Positions 24,990 to 39,126 of a DNA stretch of 64,000 nucleotides are shown here, one piece after another. A model generated the notes under the pieces. It worked only from the letters and a program-made list of their open reading frames with translations, had not been told where the DNA came from and did not search any database. Position numbers and translations under genes: made by a program. Each line of letters begins with the position of its first letter. The first letter of the stretch is position 1. This DNA is from Isurus oxyrinchus (taxonomy: Eukaryota), in NCBI GenBank assembly GCA_026770705.1, contig JANJGN010000018.1, forward strand, positions 620,001-684,000, read 5' to 3'.

Positions 24990-25660
24990 GGAGGTAGCTG
25001 AAGGAAATCATTCAGATGTAGCTGGCGGCAAAGAATGCCAATTGTATATTGGCCTTCGTAGGGAGATGATTCAGGTACGGGAGTTTGGATGCCTTGCTGC
25101 AATTGCACAGGACCTAGGTGAACCCACATCAGGAATTTTGTGTGTTTTGGCCTCCTTTGCTGAGGAAGGATTGTTTTGCTACAGAGTGAGTGCACTGAGG
25201 TTCAGCAGGCTGCTTCAGGGAATGGTAGGACTTACAAATGAGGAGAGAATGAGACGGTTATGATAGTATTTGTTCATATGAGGGGGATCTCATATAAACC
25301 TGTCAAATTATAAGATGACTCGGCAGGGTAGATGCAGGAAGAATGATCCAAATCTTGCGGGAGTCACAACCTCAGGATATTGGTTAGGCCATTTGAGCTG
25401 TGGTGAGGGGAAAATTATTCTTGAAGAGAGGGGGTGAGCATTTGGAAATCGCTGCCACGAAAAATAATTGATTTCAAAACATTGTTTGTTTTGAAGAGTG
25501 AGTTAGATACAGCTTTATGGGTGAAGAGGATCAAAAGTTCAATGGAAAAGTAAGGAGCAGTCTATTGAGTTGGATGATCAGCCATAATCATGATAAATGG
25601 CAGAGTAGTCTTGAAAGGCCAAATGGTCTAATTTTGCTTTAAGTTTCGATGTATTTTATG
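24990..25660 (+). mobile_element. CR1-type LINE 3' fragment
   Basis: RFSRLLQGMVGLTNEERMRRL in ORF 24979-25263; CR1 3' UTR gagttggatgatcagccataatcatgataaatggcagag ending in a tatg-type tail. Confidence 0.75.
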
Positions 25661-25699
25661 ACAGGCTAGCCATGTCTCTGGCTATAGCGGCGTGCAGAA

Positions 25700-27900
25700 C
25701 AAAATGTTTAGCCTTGTCAGTAAGACCCTAACCGTTATGGCACTACCTGCATCACAACAGGGGAAGCTGTCCTCGCTTTGTCCCGGGCATCATATTGAGA
25801 TTCTCACTCAGAGGCAGAGAGATCAGTGGAGGATGAGGTTCCCTCATAATACATCTTTCCCTCACCCAACTGTTGAAATTGCTCGGACCATGGAATGGTT
25901 CGGGCACCCGGGGCACAATTGTGCTGCCCTATGGACACTTTTCTGCCACCCATGAGAGATTCCTGTTCAAGGTCCTGAGCATCTCTCCCACTACTGCAAT
26001 TAAGCTGGTGCCGCAGTGCAGGATATCTCACAGCTGCTTCATGCACTCAACAAATGTTTTGGCACTCTTTCATGGCTGCTCATCTTCGGTGGCCCTCGTG
26101 GAGAAATGCCCTAAATCATGATCAGCATGGTCACTTCCATGCAGATTGCATGAGTCTCAACGCATCAGGAAATGCAGCCGATTGCCAATAAAAAGCTGAT
26201 GTGGGTCGAAATACTGAATGCCAATCCGAAAATAATTGGTACATCCTGATTGTCCCGAGGAGCATCCATTTGACTGCACTATACCTTTCGGGGGTTGGGC
26301 TGGAATATGAGCAGATGCACCTTCCACTGATAACTCCTCCTGTGCATTGGTACTTTGATCATCTTACTGTGATCCCCACTCTATACCCACAATTGGACTC
26401 ATTGGAATGTGAGTCTCTGAGCTATTGCTTCTTAAGTGCGATGATGGAGATGCTGCTTCATCGGTCACCCCTACTTCCGGCTCTTTCCGAGCTCTAACTC
26501 CTATCAGTGGCTTAGGGAACAGGACCAGGATCCGAAGGAGATTCTTAAGAAAATAATGAGATGATGCCACGCAGAACATGTTCTTTCATGGTGAAATTCT
26601 TCCAAAGCTATCTTGTCTTTCCATTAGTTCAATAACTGTTCCACTGACCAAGCAATCGCATAACTTGGAGTTACTTGTTCCCGTTCAGACTTGAGCTGCC
26701 ATTCTCAAAGACAAGCCCGTCCCCTATCTCCCCGCTCACCAGAGAACACACTTCACAACCTGCATAACTGCATCAACACCTGGGGAAAGGGTGTCCCATT
26801 TTAAACCACAGCTTCCGTGAATGGCATTCTGCCAATGTACATTAACATACCCTCCATGGTTTGAATAGCACGGATAATTGTGCTCCCATTCCCGATCCTC
26901 CTTAGCTCCAGAGAGTTCGGCTCCCTCATGAAAGGACAAGGCGTTACAAGTGAGGTTGTATCCCATTGAATCAGAGTGATTGGTCATTCTACTAAGAAGT
27001 GCACAGTTCATCCCCTTCAATGACATCCTTAATAAATTACATTCTTTGCTTCTCCTTGGCCAGGGGCATATCTTTCTGTAATTCTCCTGAGCCTTAGGAA
27101 CCCTGTGGAAAACACGAAGCCAGACATGCTGCATGCAACGTTGCCTGACAGCATGCCGAGGAGGGAAATCTGCCTCAAGTTGTTGGACTGAGTAAGGTCC
27201 CCGAAAGGCTTCTGGCACTGTACCCAGGTCCTGTAATTGTTATTCGTGTAGCTGATGATTGCCACTATCAACACCAAAGCTCTTTTCCTGTTGGCCGGAG
27301 AAAACCTGAATCATTTAGGCAAGAGGACGTGCGTATCCACCTCTGTTAGTTGGTTGTTTCGTTCGGCCTCAGATCCCAGACAACTTCAAGGGTCTACAGT
27401 GACAGCTGGCATGAATCCTCAGGATTACCAGGCGAGGTCCTGGCTGATGAAAGCTCTTCTGCAGTGTCAGACTGCTGTAGATAGAAGCTATGTTGAAGCG
27501 GATGTTGGAACACGAATCGTGTTGGATCAAACTATCAAGGTGTTGGAAATGAGGGTTGGGTGGCTGAATTGGTCTTGTGTAGTTGTGTAATATTATACAA
27601 TGTGGATGGCAAACACCATTTTCGCCTGCGGCACCACGTCGTAAAGAGAGCCCTTTACATCATGGTGCTGCCACAGTCAGACGATCTGGCTGAGATGGAG
27701 ATGGAGGAGCTGTTTACCTCGACCAATGAGGCAGACATCACGAGGATAAGGCTGTGTTGGTGCCGGAATGGCGAGGATGATGACAATGAGGTCATTGCAC
27801 TGTCCAGGCGCACTCGGGAGGCGCTCATAGCTACCAGATTTCTGGAGGATGATGACAGCATGCAGTGAGGAGGCCACATATGTATCACATTGCATCTGTC
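25700..27900. mobile_element. Decayed Harbinger transposon 2 (transposase C-terminus on +; possible Myb remnant on -)
   Basis: ORF 27255-27590(+) QDYQARSWLMKAL...RSYVEADVGTRIVLDQTIKVLEMR matches the GD.GY..WLM / YN.AH..TR..IE.TIG.LK.R pattern; acidic tail to 27868; weak Myb-like RTIPWSEQFQQL on - near 25870. Confidence 0.6.
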
Positions 27901-28239
27901 AATGTTTTATTTCAGTTTGGCTGAAGGCATTGCACACATGTTGCGTGAGAATGTTGCTTTCATGGAGATGCAGTGGGGGCCCCAGTAGTCGGTTGATGCC
28001 CAGAGGATGATAGCGGCTTGCTGTCAGGCCAATTCATATATTTCCATACAGCCCCTGTAAATGTCGGAACCCTCTCTGTTTGATAGCAGCTCAGTTGTGC
28101 AATGTTATTGGGATTATTGCATGGAAATGCAACTGTGAAACTTTAAATGCAGGTGATCATTTTCCACCTTCAGAAGCTGATCCTTACAGGAGCACAGCGT
28201 CACAGGTCAGAGGTCAAAGACACACAAAATCACGGGATC

Positions 28240-29145
28240 ACAGTGTAAAAGAGTAGAAATGAGGACCTTCGGCCCATCGGGTCTGTACCGACACAATAAA
28301 AAAATGACCTCCCTACCTACTCCCATTTACGTGCACTTAGCCCATAGCATTGATTCATACGACATGCATTGTGCTTATCCAGGTGCTTTTTAAATATACT
28401 GAGGCAACCAGCATCCAAAAACCTTCCAGGCAACGCATTCTAGGATAACACGACCCTCTGGGTAAAAAAAGCCTTTCCGCACATCCACCCAAAATCTCCT
28501 GCCCCACACAGTGAATTTATGTCCCTTTCTGACTGACCCTTCGGAAAAAAGGAACTGCTGCTCCCTTGCCACCATGTATATGCTGTTCATAATCCTGTGC
28601 CCCTCATTTTCTCTTCTCCAAGGACAGCAACACAAGTCTATTCAACCTGTTTTCATAACTTCAATGTTTCATCATAGGCAACATTCTGGATAATCTCCTC
28701 TGCGCCCCCTCTAGTGCAAGCACAACATTCATTTAATATGACAATCAGAACTGCACACAGAACTCCAAGCTGTGGCCTCGCCAAGGTTTGATCCAACTAC
28801 AACATGTCATCCCTACGTTTGTAATCTATGCGTTGATTGATAATGGCAAGTGTCCCATATGGTTTTTTCACCACCTGATTAACAGTCCCCTCCACCTTCA
28901 GAAATATCTGGAAAATTACGCCAAGGTCCCTTTGTTCTTCAGAATTTCTCAGTGTCATCCGTTCTTTGAATGCTTCCTCGTCAAATTACCCCTTCTAAAG
29001 TGTATCACCTCACAATTTCCAGAGTTAAATTCCATCTGCCACTAATCTGCCCATTTGGCCATCCCGTCTATATCTTTCTGCAGTGCAAGGCTGTCAACCT
29101 CAGTGTTAAAGACCCTGCCAATCATAGTGTCATCTGCATGCTGAC
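28240..29145 (-). mobile_element. CR1-type LINE 3' fragment
   Basis: Reverse complement of CR1 RT C-terminus (aaattccatctgccac, tagtgtcatctgca = ADDT) and 3' tail cggcccatcgggtctgtaccg. Confidence 0.8.
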
Positions 29146-29799
29146 AAAATGAGAGGCCGCCTCACATTATAGGTACTGACATCACGGATAGAGATCGCTG
29201 TTACGACTGCCCACTATATTGTGGCGACAATGACAAGCAGCATAGAGGCACAGGCGTTATTCATGTCTCGAAGGACCATTATGATTGACAATCACATCCG
29301 TCTGGACGCTTAACAAAGCACTGGGAAGGGGGACTTCTCTTATTCCCCTGTCTTTAATTTGATGAGGCATCACTGTTGCACAGCTGAGCGAAAAGGACAC
29401 TGTTCATTACAACGAGGAGACACAGGCAAGTTACATTCTGGGACCTAATCTACATTAGTTTATTAAATATTAATTAACACACGTCCTAGCATCCATAAGT
29501 CTGCCATTACTTCTTGATGCACGCCAAAACCCAAAACGGATATGTATGCGGGGTGCTGATTGTGAAACCATTGACAGGCGCTCTCTGGAGACTGGAGACC
29601 TGGATGTCCCCTGCCTTTATTCAGACTCCTCTAGCATTGCAGTGTCATCGTCATCAGGATATGTAGCTGGAGCTGCTAAGGTCACACGGAACGATTGGGT
29701 TTTTTATTAGGAGAGGCCAGACACTCCCATATTCACCTGTGTGGATAGGCGTGCTGACTCATCATCCCTGTATGTGTCCAATAGCCCTTGGCTGAAACA

Positions 29800-31389
29800 T
29801 TTGACGTTTGTGTGAATTACTTCGTGTGTATGTGTCTGCGTGAGCATGTCAGCACCTGTGTTTGCATGTGAGCGTGTGGACATTTTTGTGAGTTCTTGAG
29901 CATATGAAATGTGTTTGTGCGTGTGCTGGTGCATGAGTGTCTTCATGATCGTCTCTGTGTGTGTGCGTGTGTGTGTGCAAGAAAGAGACAGAGGGAGAGA
30001 GTGTGGAGAGAGAGAGAGAGAGCTATGCTTGTGTTTCTGTGTATTTTACTGTTGTGTGTGTGTTCCTGCGTTAGTGTGTCTGAAAGTGTCTGTATGATTC
30101 TGGGAGTCTGTGTGTGATTCTATGAGCATTTGCGCGTGGGTATTCTGGGTGTTTGTGTGCGTGCTTGCATGTGTGTGTGTTTGAATGTACACCTGTGCTT
30201 ATATGTCAGTTAACGTTTACCTGACAGTGAATGGTTTTCCATGTGTACATCTTTATTTGTGAGTGTTTTCAGTTGTGTATGTTAGTCTGTGTGTGTGTGT
30301 TTGTGCGTTTGTGTGCATGCACCCCACGTGTGTTTCTGTGTATCATCTGAGTAGATGATTGTCTCTGTTCGTTCATGCGTGTGCTTTAGTGTGCAAGTGA
30401 ATGAGTACATGTATGTGCACGCTTGGAGTATGATTGCCTGTGCGTGTCTACAAGTGTTTGAATTTTTTTTTCGCAGGATTCGGGTTGCGCTGGCAGCAAA
30501 GCATTTATTTCACCTTCCGTATTACCTCTCTGAAGCGTGAGCACTTCGTTGTGTTTCTATGTGTTACTGATTGCGTGCGTGCCTGTTTATTTGCTTTTCT
30601 GTATGTGAGATTGCCCATGTGAGTGATTGTGCCTGAATGTAGCTATATTTGTCAGTTCCTGTCCCTATGTGATTGATTATGTGTGCATAACTGTCTCTGT
30701 GATTTTGTGCATTTGTCTGAAAGCTTCTGCGTGTCTGAAGATTTTGCTTGTGTTTGTGTGCGTGTTTTTAAGTGTGTTTTTTTGTGTGTGCACATGATTC
30801 TCTGGGCGTTTGTGTGTCAGAAAATGTTTGTGCATGTATGCGTACATGTGTGTCTGTGTAAGTGTGTGTGTGTGTGTGTATCTGTGTGAGAAAGTATCCC
30901 TCTGTGCATTACATATTGCGCATTCGTGTATGATTTTCTGTTTGTGTGTTTGTATTTGTGAGTGAAAGAGAGAGAGAGAGATAGAGATAGCAGGAGAGAG
31001 GGAGAGAGTTCCTGTGACCGTTTGAAACTGAGTCTCAGTACCTCTTTCGGCGTGTAACTGTTTGTGTTCATGTGAGAGTGTACAAAAGAGGAACAGAAAG
31101 TGCTTGAGTGTGTCTGCATGTGACTGTGTACTTATGCGTGCATATGGGAGTGCTCCTGCATGCATGAAAATGTGTGTGAGTGACTGTGTTTCACATTGTG
31201 CAAGTGTTCACGTGTCCGTGTGTGTGAGGGCATCTGTGTGTGTGTGTTTGTGTGTGTGCTCTAAAGAGAGCGTGTATGTGTGATTGGGTGTTTAAGCCTG
31301 TGTATGTGTTGTTAACGTATGTGTATGCGTGTAGTCCAGTAAATGTGTGTATACATTTTTGTTTGTGAACGTGCGTGTGTGTGTCTGAG

Positions 31390-31447
<58 letters not shown>

Positions 31448-32158
31448 TGCAAATGTGTGTTTTCCTCTGAATACTTGTCTGTGTATGTGTGCACATGTGG
31501 GTGTATGTGCCCGTGTGTATGTAAGTAATTTCATTTCATTTTCACAAGATGCGGTCTTCATGGATTGCGTCAGCATTGATTTCCCAAGCCTTAATGTACT
31601 AGACATTTGTGTGGACTTTGGTGTGTTTCTGTGTGTGATTTCGCATGTGCCTCCCCATGTTCTGGGTCAGAGTGTAAGTGATTATGTGAGTGAATGTGGG
31701 TTCCTTTCTGAACTTCTGAGCGTGTGTATGTCTGTGTGTCCGTTGTTCTATAATAATTATTTTGGGCCTTTTGATCTTCTGGCAAGCTCCACATTCTTTT
31801 CCCATTCGTTATTGCACCATAAACATGTGAGTGTGTATTTGTATCTGTGTCCGCACACGCATGTCTGTGGTTGTGAGTGTGTGTGGGTGTGCAAATGTTT
31901 GTTCTGTCTACGTCTGCCTGGGTGTATTTGAGTTTGTGTTTTGCATCTTTCTTTGTTTCTGTCTGCGCAGGTCTGTGTGATTCTGCAAGTAAAATGTTTG
32001 AGTTACTGTATCTCTGACAGTGATTCTGTGTGTGCATGTGTGTGTGTGTACGTTTGTGTGTGCAAATATGCATGTGTGTCTCTCATGTGATTGTATGTGT
32101 GTCTTTGTGTGTTTCTGAGAATGTCTGTGTGTGTGACTCACAGTGTGCCTGTGCCATT

Positions 32159-32217
<59 letters not shown>

Positions 32218-33911
32218 TATGCGTGTGTTTGCCTGTTGGTATGCTTATTGTGCTATGCATCTGCATTTTCATCTTCTTTCTGTTCATTAGAGTGCCAGAG
32301 AATGATTTTTCTGGAAATTGTACTTGTGTGTGTGTATGTGCGTGTGTGTGTGTTTGCGTGTGTGTTTGTGTTTGTTTGTCTGTCTGTGTTTGTGTGTGGT
32401 GTTCTGCAAATTTGTGTGTTTCTCTGAATATTTGGGCATGCGTTTGTATGCATGTGGATGTGTGAGCCTGTGTGTCTGTGAGTATTTGAAATTTATTTTT
32501 ACAGGATGTGGGATGCGTTGACTGCATCAGCATTAATTACCCAAGCCCTAATGCACTAGTGATTTTGTGGATGTTGGTGTGTTTCAGTGTCTGATCTGCT
32601 GTGTGCCTGTCCACGTTGTGTGTGAGAGTGTCTGCGAATGTTTGTTTGAATGTGGCTTCCTTTGTGAACTTCATAACCTGTGTGTGTGTTTGTGTGTGTC
32701 TGTTGTTCCAAATTAATTATTATGGGCTTTCGCTTCTTCTGGCTAGGCCCGTTTTCTTTTCCCACCCGTTATTGCCCTGGAAACGTGTGTGCGTGTATGT
32801 GTGTATCTGTGCCCGCACATGCATGTCTGCATTTGTGAGCGTATGTGCATGTGCACATGTGTGTTTTGTTTATGGATGCGTGGGTGCATTTCTGTTTGCA
32901 TGTGCATCTTTGTGTGTTTCTTCCTATGCTCGTGTGTGTGATTCCCCATGTGTCTCTGTTTCAGTGACTGTGTCTATGTCAGTGATTCTACGTGAGTGTA
33001 TGTTTCTGTGTGTGTGTATATATGAGCGTGTGCCTCTGCATGGGCCTGTGTATGTGTCTTTGTGCGTTTCTGAGACTGCACATGTGTGTGATTCAGAGTG
33101 TGATTGTACCGTTGTGGTTGTGTGAGCGTGTGTGTATGTGCACTCACGAATGTGTGTGTTTGTCTGCTTGTATTCTTATTGAACAATGCATCTGCATTTG
33201 CACATGTGTTTCTTTTCATTTGACTGCGAGACAATGATATTTCTGGATGTTACACTTGTGTGTGTGTGTTTGAGTGTGCATATAATTAAATGTGTGTGCG
33301 TTTATGTCTGTTCATCTAAGAGGGTGCATACGTACGTATGCACTTTCTGTGAGCGCTGGCACTTGTGTGCATGTAAGACAGAGTGTGCTTGATTGAGTGT
33401 CACTGTCCTTTTGTGCGTAAGTGTGCTTGTGTGCATTTGTCGAAATACATGTGTATGTGCATTATTGTGTGCGCAATTTAGTGGATTTGTATGTGCTTGT
33501 GGTTGCATCTGAGCATTTGTGTATTTGTGTCAGTGTAATAATCCTCGTGTATTTCTGCCTTTGTATATGGCATTGTTTTTGTGAATGGGTTTTAGTGCAT
33601 GTGCGCATCTGTCTCCGTTTGGTGCGTGTGTGTGAGCAAGTGTGATGTGTGTGTGTGTGTGTGTGTGTGTGTGACAATGTCTGTGTTTGTCTTTGAGTTT
33701 GCTTTGCATTTACCTGTACACATGTGCATTTGAGTGCATGTGTTTGTGTGCTTCTCCGTCTGAGCATGTACATGGGTTTGTGTAAGCATCCGTGTGTGTT
33801 TCTGCTGTTGTGCACATAATTGCATTTATGAAATAACGTGAGTGCGTGTGTGCATCTGTTTCTGTCTGTGTGAGCGTGTGAATGCGTCTGTGTGGCTGTG
33901 TGTTTGTGTGT
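29800..33911. repeat. ~4-kb GT/CA-rich low-complexity tract with (GT)n microsatellites and an internal ~960-bp tandem duplication
   Basis: Pure (GT)n at ~31395-31445 and ~32165-32213; blocks 31525-31900 and 32490-32860 are homologous. Confidence 0.9.
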
Positions 33912-34112
33912 NNNNNNNNNNNNNNNNNNNNNNNNNNNNNNNNNNNNNNNNNNNNNNNNNNNNNNNNNNNNNNNNNNNNNNNNNNNNNNNNNNNNNNNNN
34001 NNNNNNNNNNNNNNNNNNNNNNNNNNNNNNNNNNNNNNNNNNNNNNNNNNNNNNNNNNNNNNNNNNNNNNNNNNNNNNNNNNNNNNNNNNNNNNNNNNNN
34101 NNNNNNNNNNNN
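33912..34112. other. Assembly gap (N run)
   Basis: 201 consecutive N. Confidence 1.
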
Positions 34113-34949
34113 TAGGATTGGTGCTCACTTTCCTGTCTTTCCCCAGGAATGCGACTCATGTTTTTCGTAGCTGGAGGCATGTCAGTGTGAAATGAGAACC
34201 CGGCTTTTCACTGTCACTCCTGCTTCCCAACACCACTCCTGACTGCGTCTTCAGACATTCCTGCTAAATTAAAGTCAACTTCCCGTTACATTGTTGGCCG
34301 CGGTGAGGGTGGCGGGGTATTGCTGGAGGTGGTGGCGGGGTGTGGAGGAGAGACTCGGAGGCTCTTGAACAGTAATATTAATGTGTGGATAATGGAACTC
34401 GGACATCACTGTCTTAGGACAGCGAGATAGTTTAACAGAGAAAAATAGGCAATAAAATAAGACAATGCATTATTAAATTTATTTAAACATTCTGTGAAAT
34501 ACATTGTTTGTCTTCAAGCAGTGAGGAGACAATATTTCTTGCCGGCAAAGTTTTCAAACACCACTTGAAGGTCTGCATGGAAGTGACGTTTCTAGAAAAA
34601 AACAATATGATATTATATATGTGTGTTGGTGTGTCTATGAAGTGTCATTTTTGTTTTCGTCCCTGCTTTTCCTAAAATAATAATTCATTCTTTTATTTGT
34701 TTTTGCAAATTACATGAAAGTCAGTTTGGCACTGCTTTTAAAAACTACAGCACTGTCAGGCTTAAACTCTACTCCTCAGAAATACATCGTGTTGCAGTCA
34801 GTAGAGAAGGCGGAGAAATAAAAAAATATATTTCTAATCCCTCCCCCACCTGCATCACATCCTTCACCTGTAGCATTACCAAGTCACTATCAGCTCCCCA
34901 TCACTCAAAGCTTCGCTCCCATCACCCCTGCGCTCTCCATTATATCTTT

Positions 34950-37900
34950 GCTCACGAGCCACGTTTAGGTACTTGGCTTAAACTGGTTGCCTGAGTTGCT
35001 TCAGGGAATATAAAAACAGGCCATCTTACAGCGCTGTCTCTGTCTACACTGCTGTGCTCTTTTGGCATGCAGCAGAGTACGTAGGTTGTAGTTTGATGAC
35101 TGAGCGATTTTGGTGAGGAGGGAAGTAGGTAAGCCATTTAGTACGTTGAGATTGGTCAGGTACGTATTTACTACTTCTTTCACACGTGGAGTACTGGATC
35201 ATATATTATAATTCATTGTTTGTAAGCACTATATTACGTTACAAAACGGAGCAGGGAAGACGTGCCCCAGAGCAATTGTTTATAACTGATATTTTGCATA
35301 ATTTAAAAGGTTTAATTCAATTCATTTTGGGAAAGCCTTGGCAAGAGAGTTCAAAGCCGTGCTGAGTTACTCCTGCTTTACGTGGGAACAGGCATATTTA
35401 TATTGCTCGGGGCCAGCATGTCTGCGTGAAGCGCCTAAATCTGCAGTTACTTGGGTCCCAGGTTTCGGTGCTCAAGTGGCCATTTTGGGTCACGATGGAG
35501 GTGCAAGAGGAGAACGGTATTGTGGAATGCACCTATGCAGAGTTACTCACATATCAGGCTACGAGCTCACAGGCAGTAAGTGAATGCGTGAATGCCAGAC
35601 AGAGCAATGCGACTTGGCATGCAGTGAAGGAATTTTCTGTGACTCTTCCCCTAAAAAAACAGATATACCACTTTGGGTAATGGTGGGGCAAATGGCTTCT
35701 CCGGTGAGAGCAGCAATAGATACTTTCGTTGCACCATGGTTGAACCTGCTGCTCAGGGGAGGAGAACAATGTGTGTGAACGCAATAGTTATAGGGGACTC
35801 AAATGAAAGGGGGAAAGTAGGCGTTTCTTTGACTGCAATCAAGATTCCCAGATGGTACTTTGCTTCCCTCGTGCATGGGTAACGGATGTTTTAGAACGGC
35901 TACTTGACATTCAGAAGCGAGAGTTTGAACATGCTTTTGTCGTACATCACATTGGTACAAACGACACTTTTGAACAAAGGGATGATGTCCTAGAAAAAGT
36001 ACGAAGGGAGATAAGCAGTCCGATGGAATGTGGGACCTCAAAGGTAGTGACCTTAGGATTATTACCAGTGAAACGTGCTTGTCAGAATTGAAATAGGAGG
36101 ATACGTGTGATATGTTATGGATTTCGGAGACATGACTGCAGGCTGACCAGAGATGTACATTTTAAATCCAATGATATTCATTAGTAAGGACGGACATTAA
36201 AGGAAATGAAGTGGTAATGTGGCATTGCTTGTCAAAGAGGAAATTAATGCAATAGTGATGAAGTATATTTTCTGTGATGATGTGAAATCTGTTTGTTAAT
36301 AACTGAGAAAAACTAACACTAAGTGTTAGTCGGAGTTGCTTAAAAATACCCAAAATTAGTAGCGATGTTGGAAATTTCATTCAATATGAATTTATTAACG
36401 CATTAAATAATGGAACTTCTTTAATTATTGGTGACTTTGATCTGCACATAGATTGGCAAAAACAATTAGTGAGAATATCGTAGAGGAGGAATTGCTGGAG
36501 TGTATACTGGATGGATTTCTGAACCAGAACGTTGAGGAACCAAATGGAGAACAGGCCAAATTCGACTGGGAATTGTATAATAAGATAAAAATAATTGGCA
36601 ATCTAGTTGCTCCAGGCCGCTGGCATGTGGGCTAACATAACATGATACCATTCATCTCCAAAATGCAGAGTGATGTAGTTGATTCTGAGACTAGAAACGT
36701 GGACATTAATGAAAGATACAAAAATGGCATGAGGCGTGAGTTTGATCCCAATGATTTAGAATCGATACTTAAAGCGATGACGGTAGAAAGGCACTGGCAA
36801 GCATTCAAAACCGCAAAGGGGAACTGCAACAATCGGTTATTCCTGTCTGGCGCAAAGGTATAGATGGGCAAATGGCCCAAATATAGCTTTCAAGGGAAAT
36901 TAGTAATGGAACCAAAAAAGATGCATACAAATTGGCTAAGCAAACGAAATGTTTGAGGATTGGGAGCAGATTAGACTTCTGGAAAGGTAGGCTAAGTGAT
37001 TAATTAAGATGGAAAAATAGCGTACGAGGGTTAGCACGCTCGGAATATTGAAACTGACTGTTAAATTTTCTATATTTTTGTGCAGAGAAAAAGATTTAAG
37101 AAACATTTAATCCCTGTAAATCAGAAACAGGGGAAACTATAATGGGAATGAAAAATAATGGCCAGCTAAATACAAACTTTCGTTGTTTCTTCACAACGGA
37201 GGACACAAATAATGTGCCAGAAATTTTCGGGAACCCCGGGATTAGTGAGATGGAGGAACTGAAAGAAATCTCTGGTATGGAAATGGTGTTGGATAAAGTG
37301 ATGCGGTTAAAGAATGCTAAATCCCCAGGGCCTGATAACATACATCCCAGTGCACTTAGGGAAGAGGAACAAGAAACTTTGGATGTACTGGTGATCATCT
37401 TGCGATTTTTTATAGCCTCTGGAACAGTTCCTAGGATTTGCCGTGTAACCAATATCACCGCAAGATTCAAAAAGGGAGTTTGATAAAAAAAAAAACAGGG
37501 AATTATAGACCAGTCAGCCTGATGTCGGCAGTGGGGAAATTTCAAGACTCCATAATAAAAGATTTCATAGCTGAGCACCTGGATAATAGTGGCACAATCG
37601 GGCGGAGTTAGCATGCATTTACGAAAGGGAAATTGTGCTTGACAAACCTACTGGAATTTTTCGTGACTGTAGCTCGTAGAGATGATTATGGGAAGCCAGT
37701 GGATGTGGTTTGTTTGTGCTTTCAAAAGGCTGTCGATAAAACACCGGAGAAGAATTCTACGTGCAAAATTTCATCACGTGGGACTGGGGGTGATGAATTG
37801 AGATGGATATATAACTGATCGGCAGGCGGGAAGCAAACAGTAGGAACAAACTGGTAATTTTCCGAATGGCAAGCAGTGACTCGTGGGGAACTCAGGGATC

Positions 37901-38885
37901 ATATCTGGGACCCCAGCAATTCACAATATTTATTAATGCTTTAAATGAAGGAAATAAATGAAATACCTGAAAAATTTCAGTTGATTCAAGGCTGAGTGGG
38001 TGGTTGAGCCGAGATAAGGGTGCAGAGATGCTTCAGTATAATTGGAATTGTCTGTGTGGGTGGGCAAATGCAAAGTAGATGCAGTGCATTGTACATACAT
38101 GTGAGTCTATCGACTTTGGTAGCGAAAACAGTAAGGCAGATTTTTAACTGAATGGCTATAAAATGAGAAAGGGAAATGTGCAACAAGAGCTGGCTGGCTT
38201 GTGGAGCAGTTGCCAAAGGAAGGCGTGCATGTGCAGCAGGTTGTAAAGAAGGCAATTGTTATATTGGTCTTCATAGCGAGAGTATTGAAGTAGAAAGCAG
38301 GGATGTCTTGCTCCCATTATGAAAGGGCCTCGTAAAGCACGCGTGGAATATTACGTTCAGTTTTGGTCACATTACCTGAGGGAGAATATACTTCCCCTAG
38401 AGGGAATGAAGCAAAATTTTGCCATGCTGATTCTTGGGATGACGGAACTGAAATGTGAGGAGGGATTGATCCGGCTGGCATTATAGCCGCTTGAATTAAA
38501 AATAATGACGGGACCTTATAGAATCCTATTAAATTCTAACGGGAATGGACAGGAATGCTGCTCTAGAAGGTCTGTGAATCTTTAGCCAGGTGTCACATTC
38601 TGCGGATACTCGGCAGCCGTTCTGGATTGAGATGAGGAGATATTTCATCTACTAGAGGGTGGTGAGACTGTGGAATTCTGTACTACAGAAAACAGTTGAG
38701 GCAAAACATTATATGCTTTTAAGTAGGAGTCACATATAGTTACTGGGGCTAATGGCATCAAGGGACACGGGGAGAATTTGTGAGTAGGCAATTGATTTGA
38801 ATGATCAGCCATGATCAAAATGAATGGCGGAGATGCCACAGAAGGCCGAATTGCCTAGTCCAGCTCCTATTTTCTATGTTTCTAT
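34950..38885 (+). mobile_element. Near full-length decayed CR1 LINE (ORF1 zinc finger plus esterase; ORF2 EN-RT; 3' tail)
   Basis: ORF1 motifs SCFTWE, NAIVIGDS and VVHHIGTND (SGNH esterase); ORF2 motifs IIGDFDLHIDW, KSPGPDNIHP, NYRPVSL, CLTNLLEFF, VDVVCLCFQKA; ends ttctatgtttctatg at ~38885. Confidence 0.9.
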
Positions 38886-39126
38886 GGGTCTCTATATTAA
38901 GCGTGACCTCCCCTTTACTCTTCCCAACCCTCCAAACCCACAGTCACTGCTGGCGCTTAAACTCTGCTTCCTTACACTGCATAGAGAACATTCTTTTTTT
39001 TCTTTCATGCCTATGTATTTCAATGCATCACTGGATACATCTAACATTTGAACATATCAACAACTCCTCTTTCAAACTTGCTGAATGCTTTCAACCGTTT
39101 TAATTTCGTATTTCCCTCCCTTACAG

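Noticed and set aside
29700-34200. Many ORFs rich in C/V or H/T
   Set aside because: Translations of (GT)n/(CA)n low-complexity DNA; some span the N gap.
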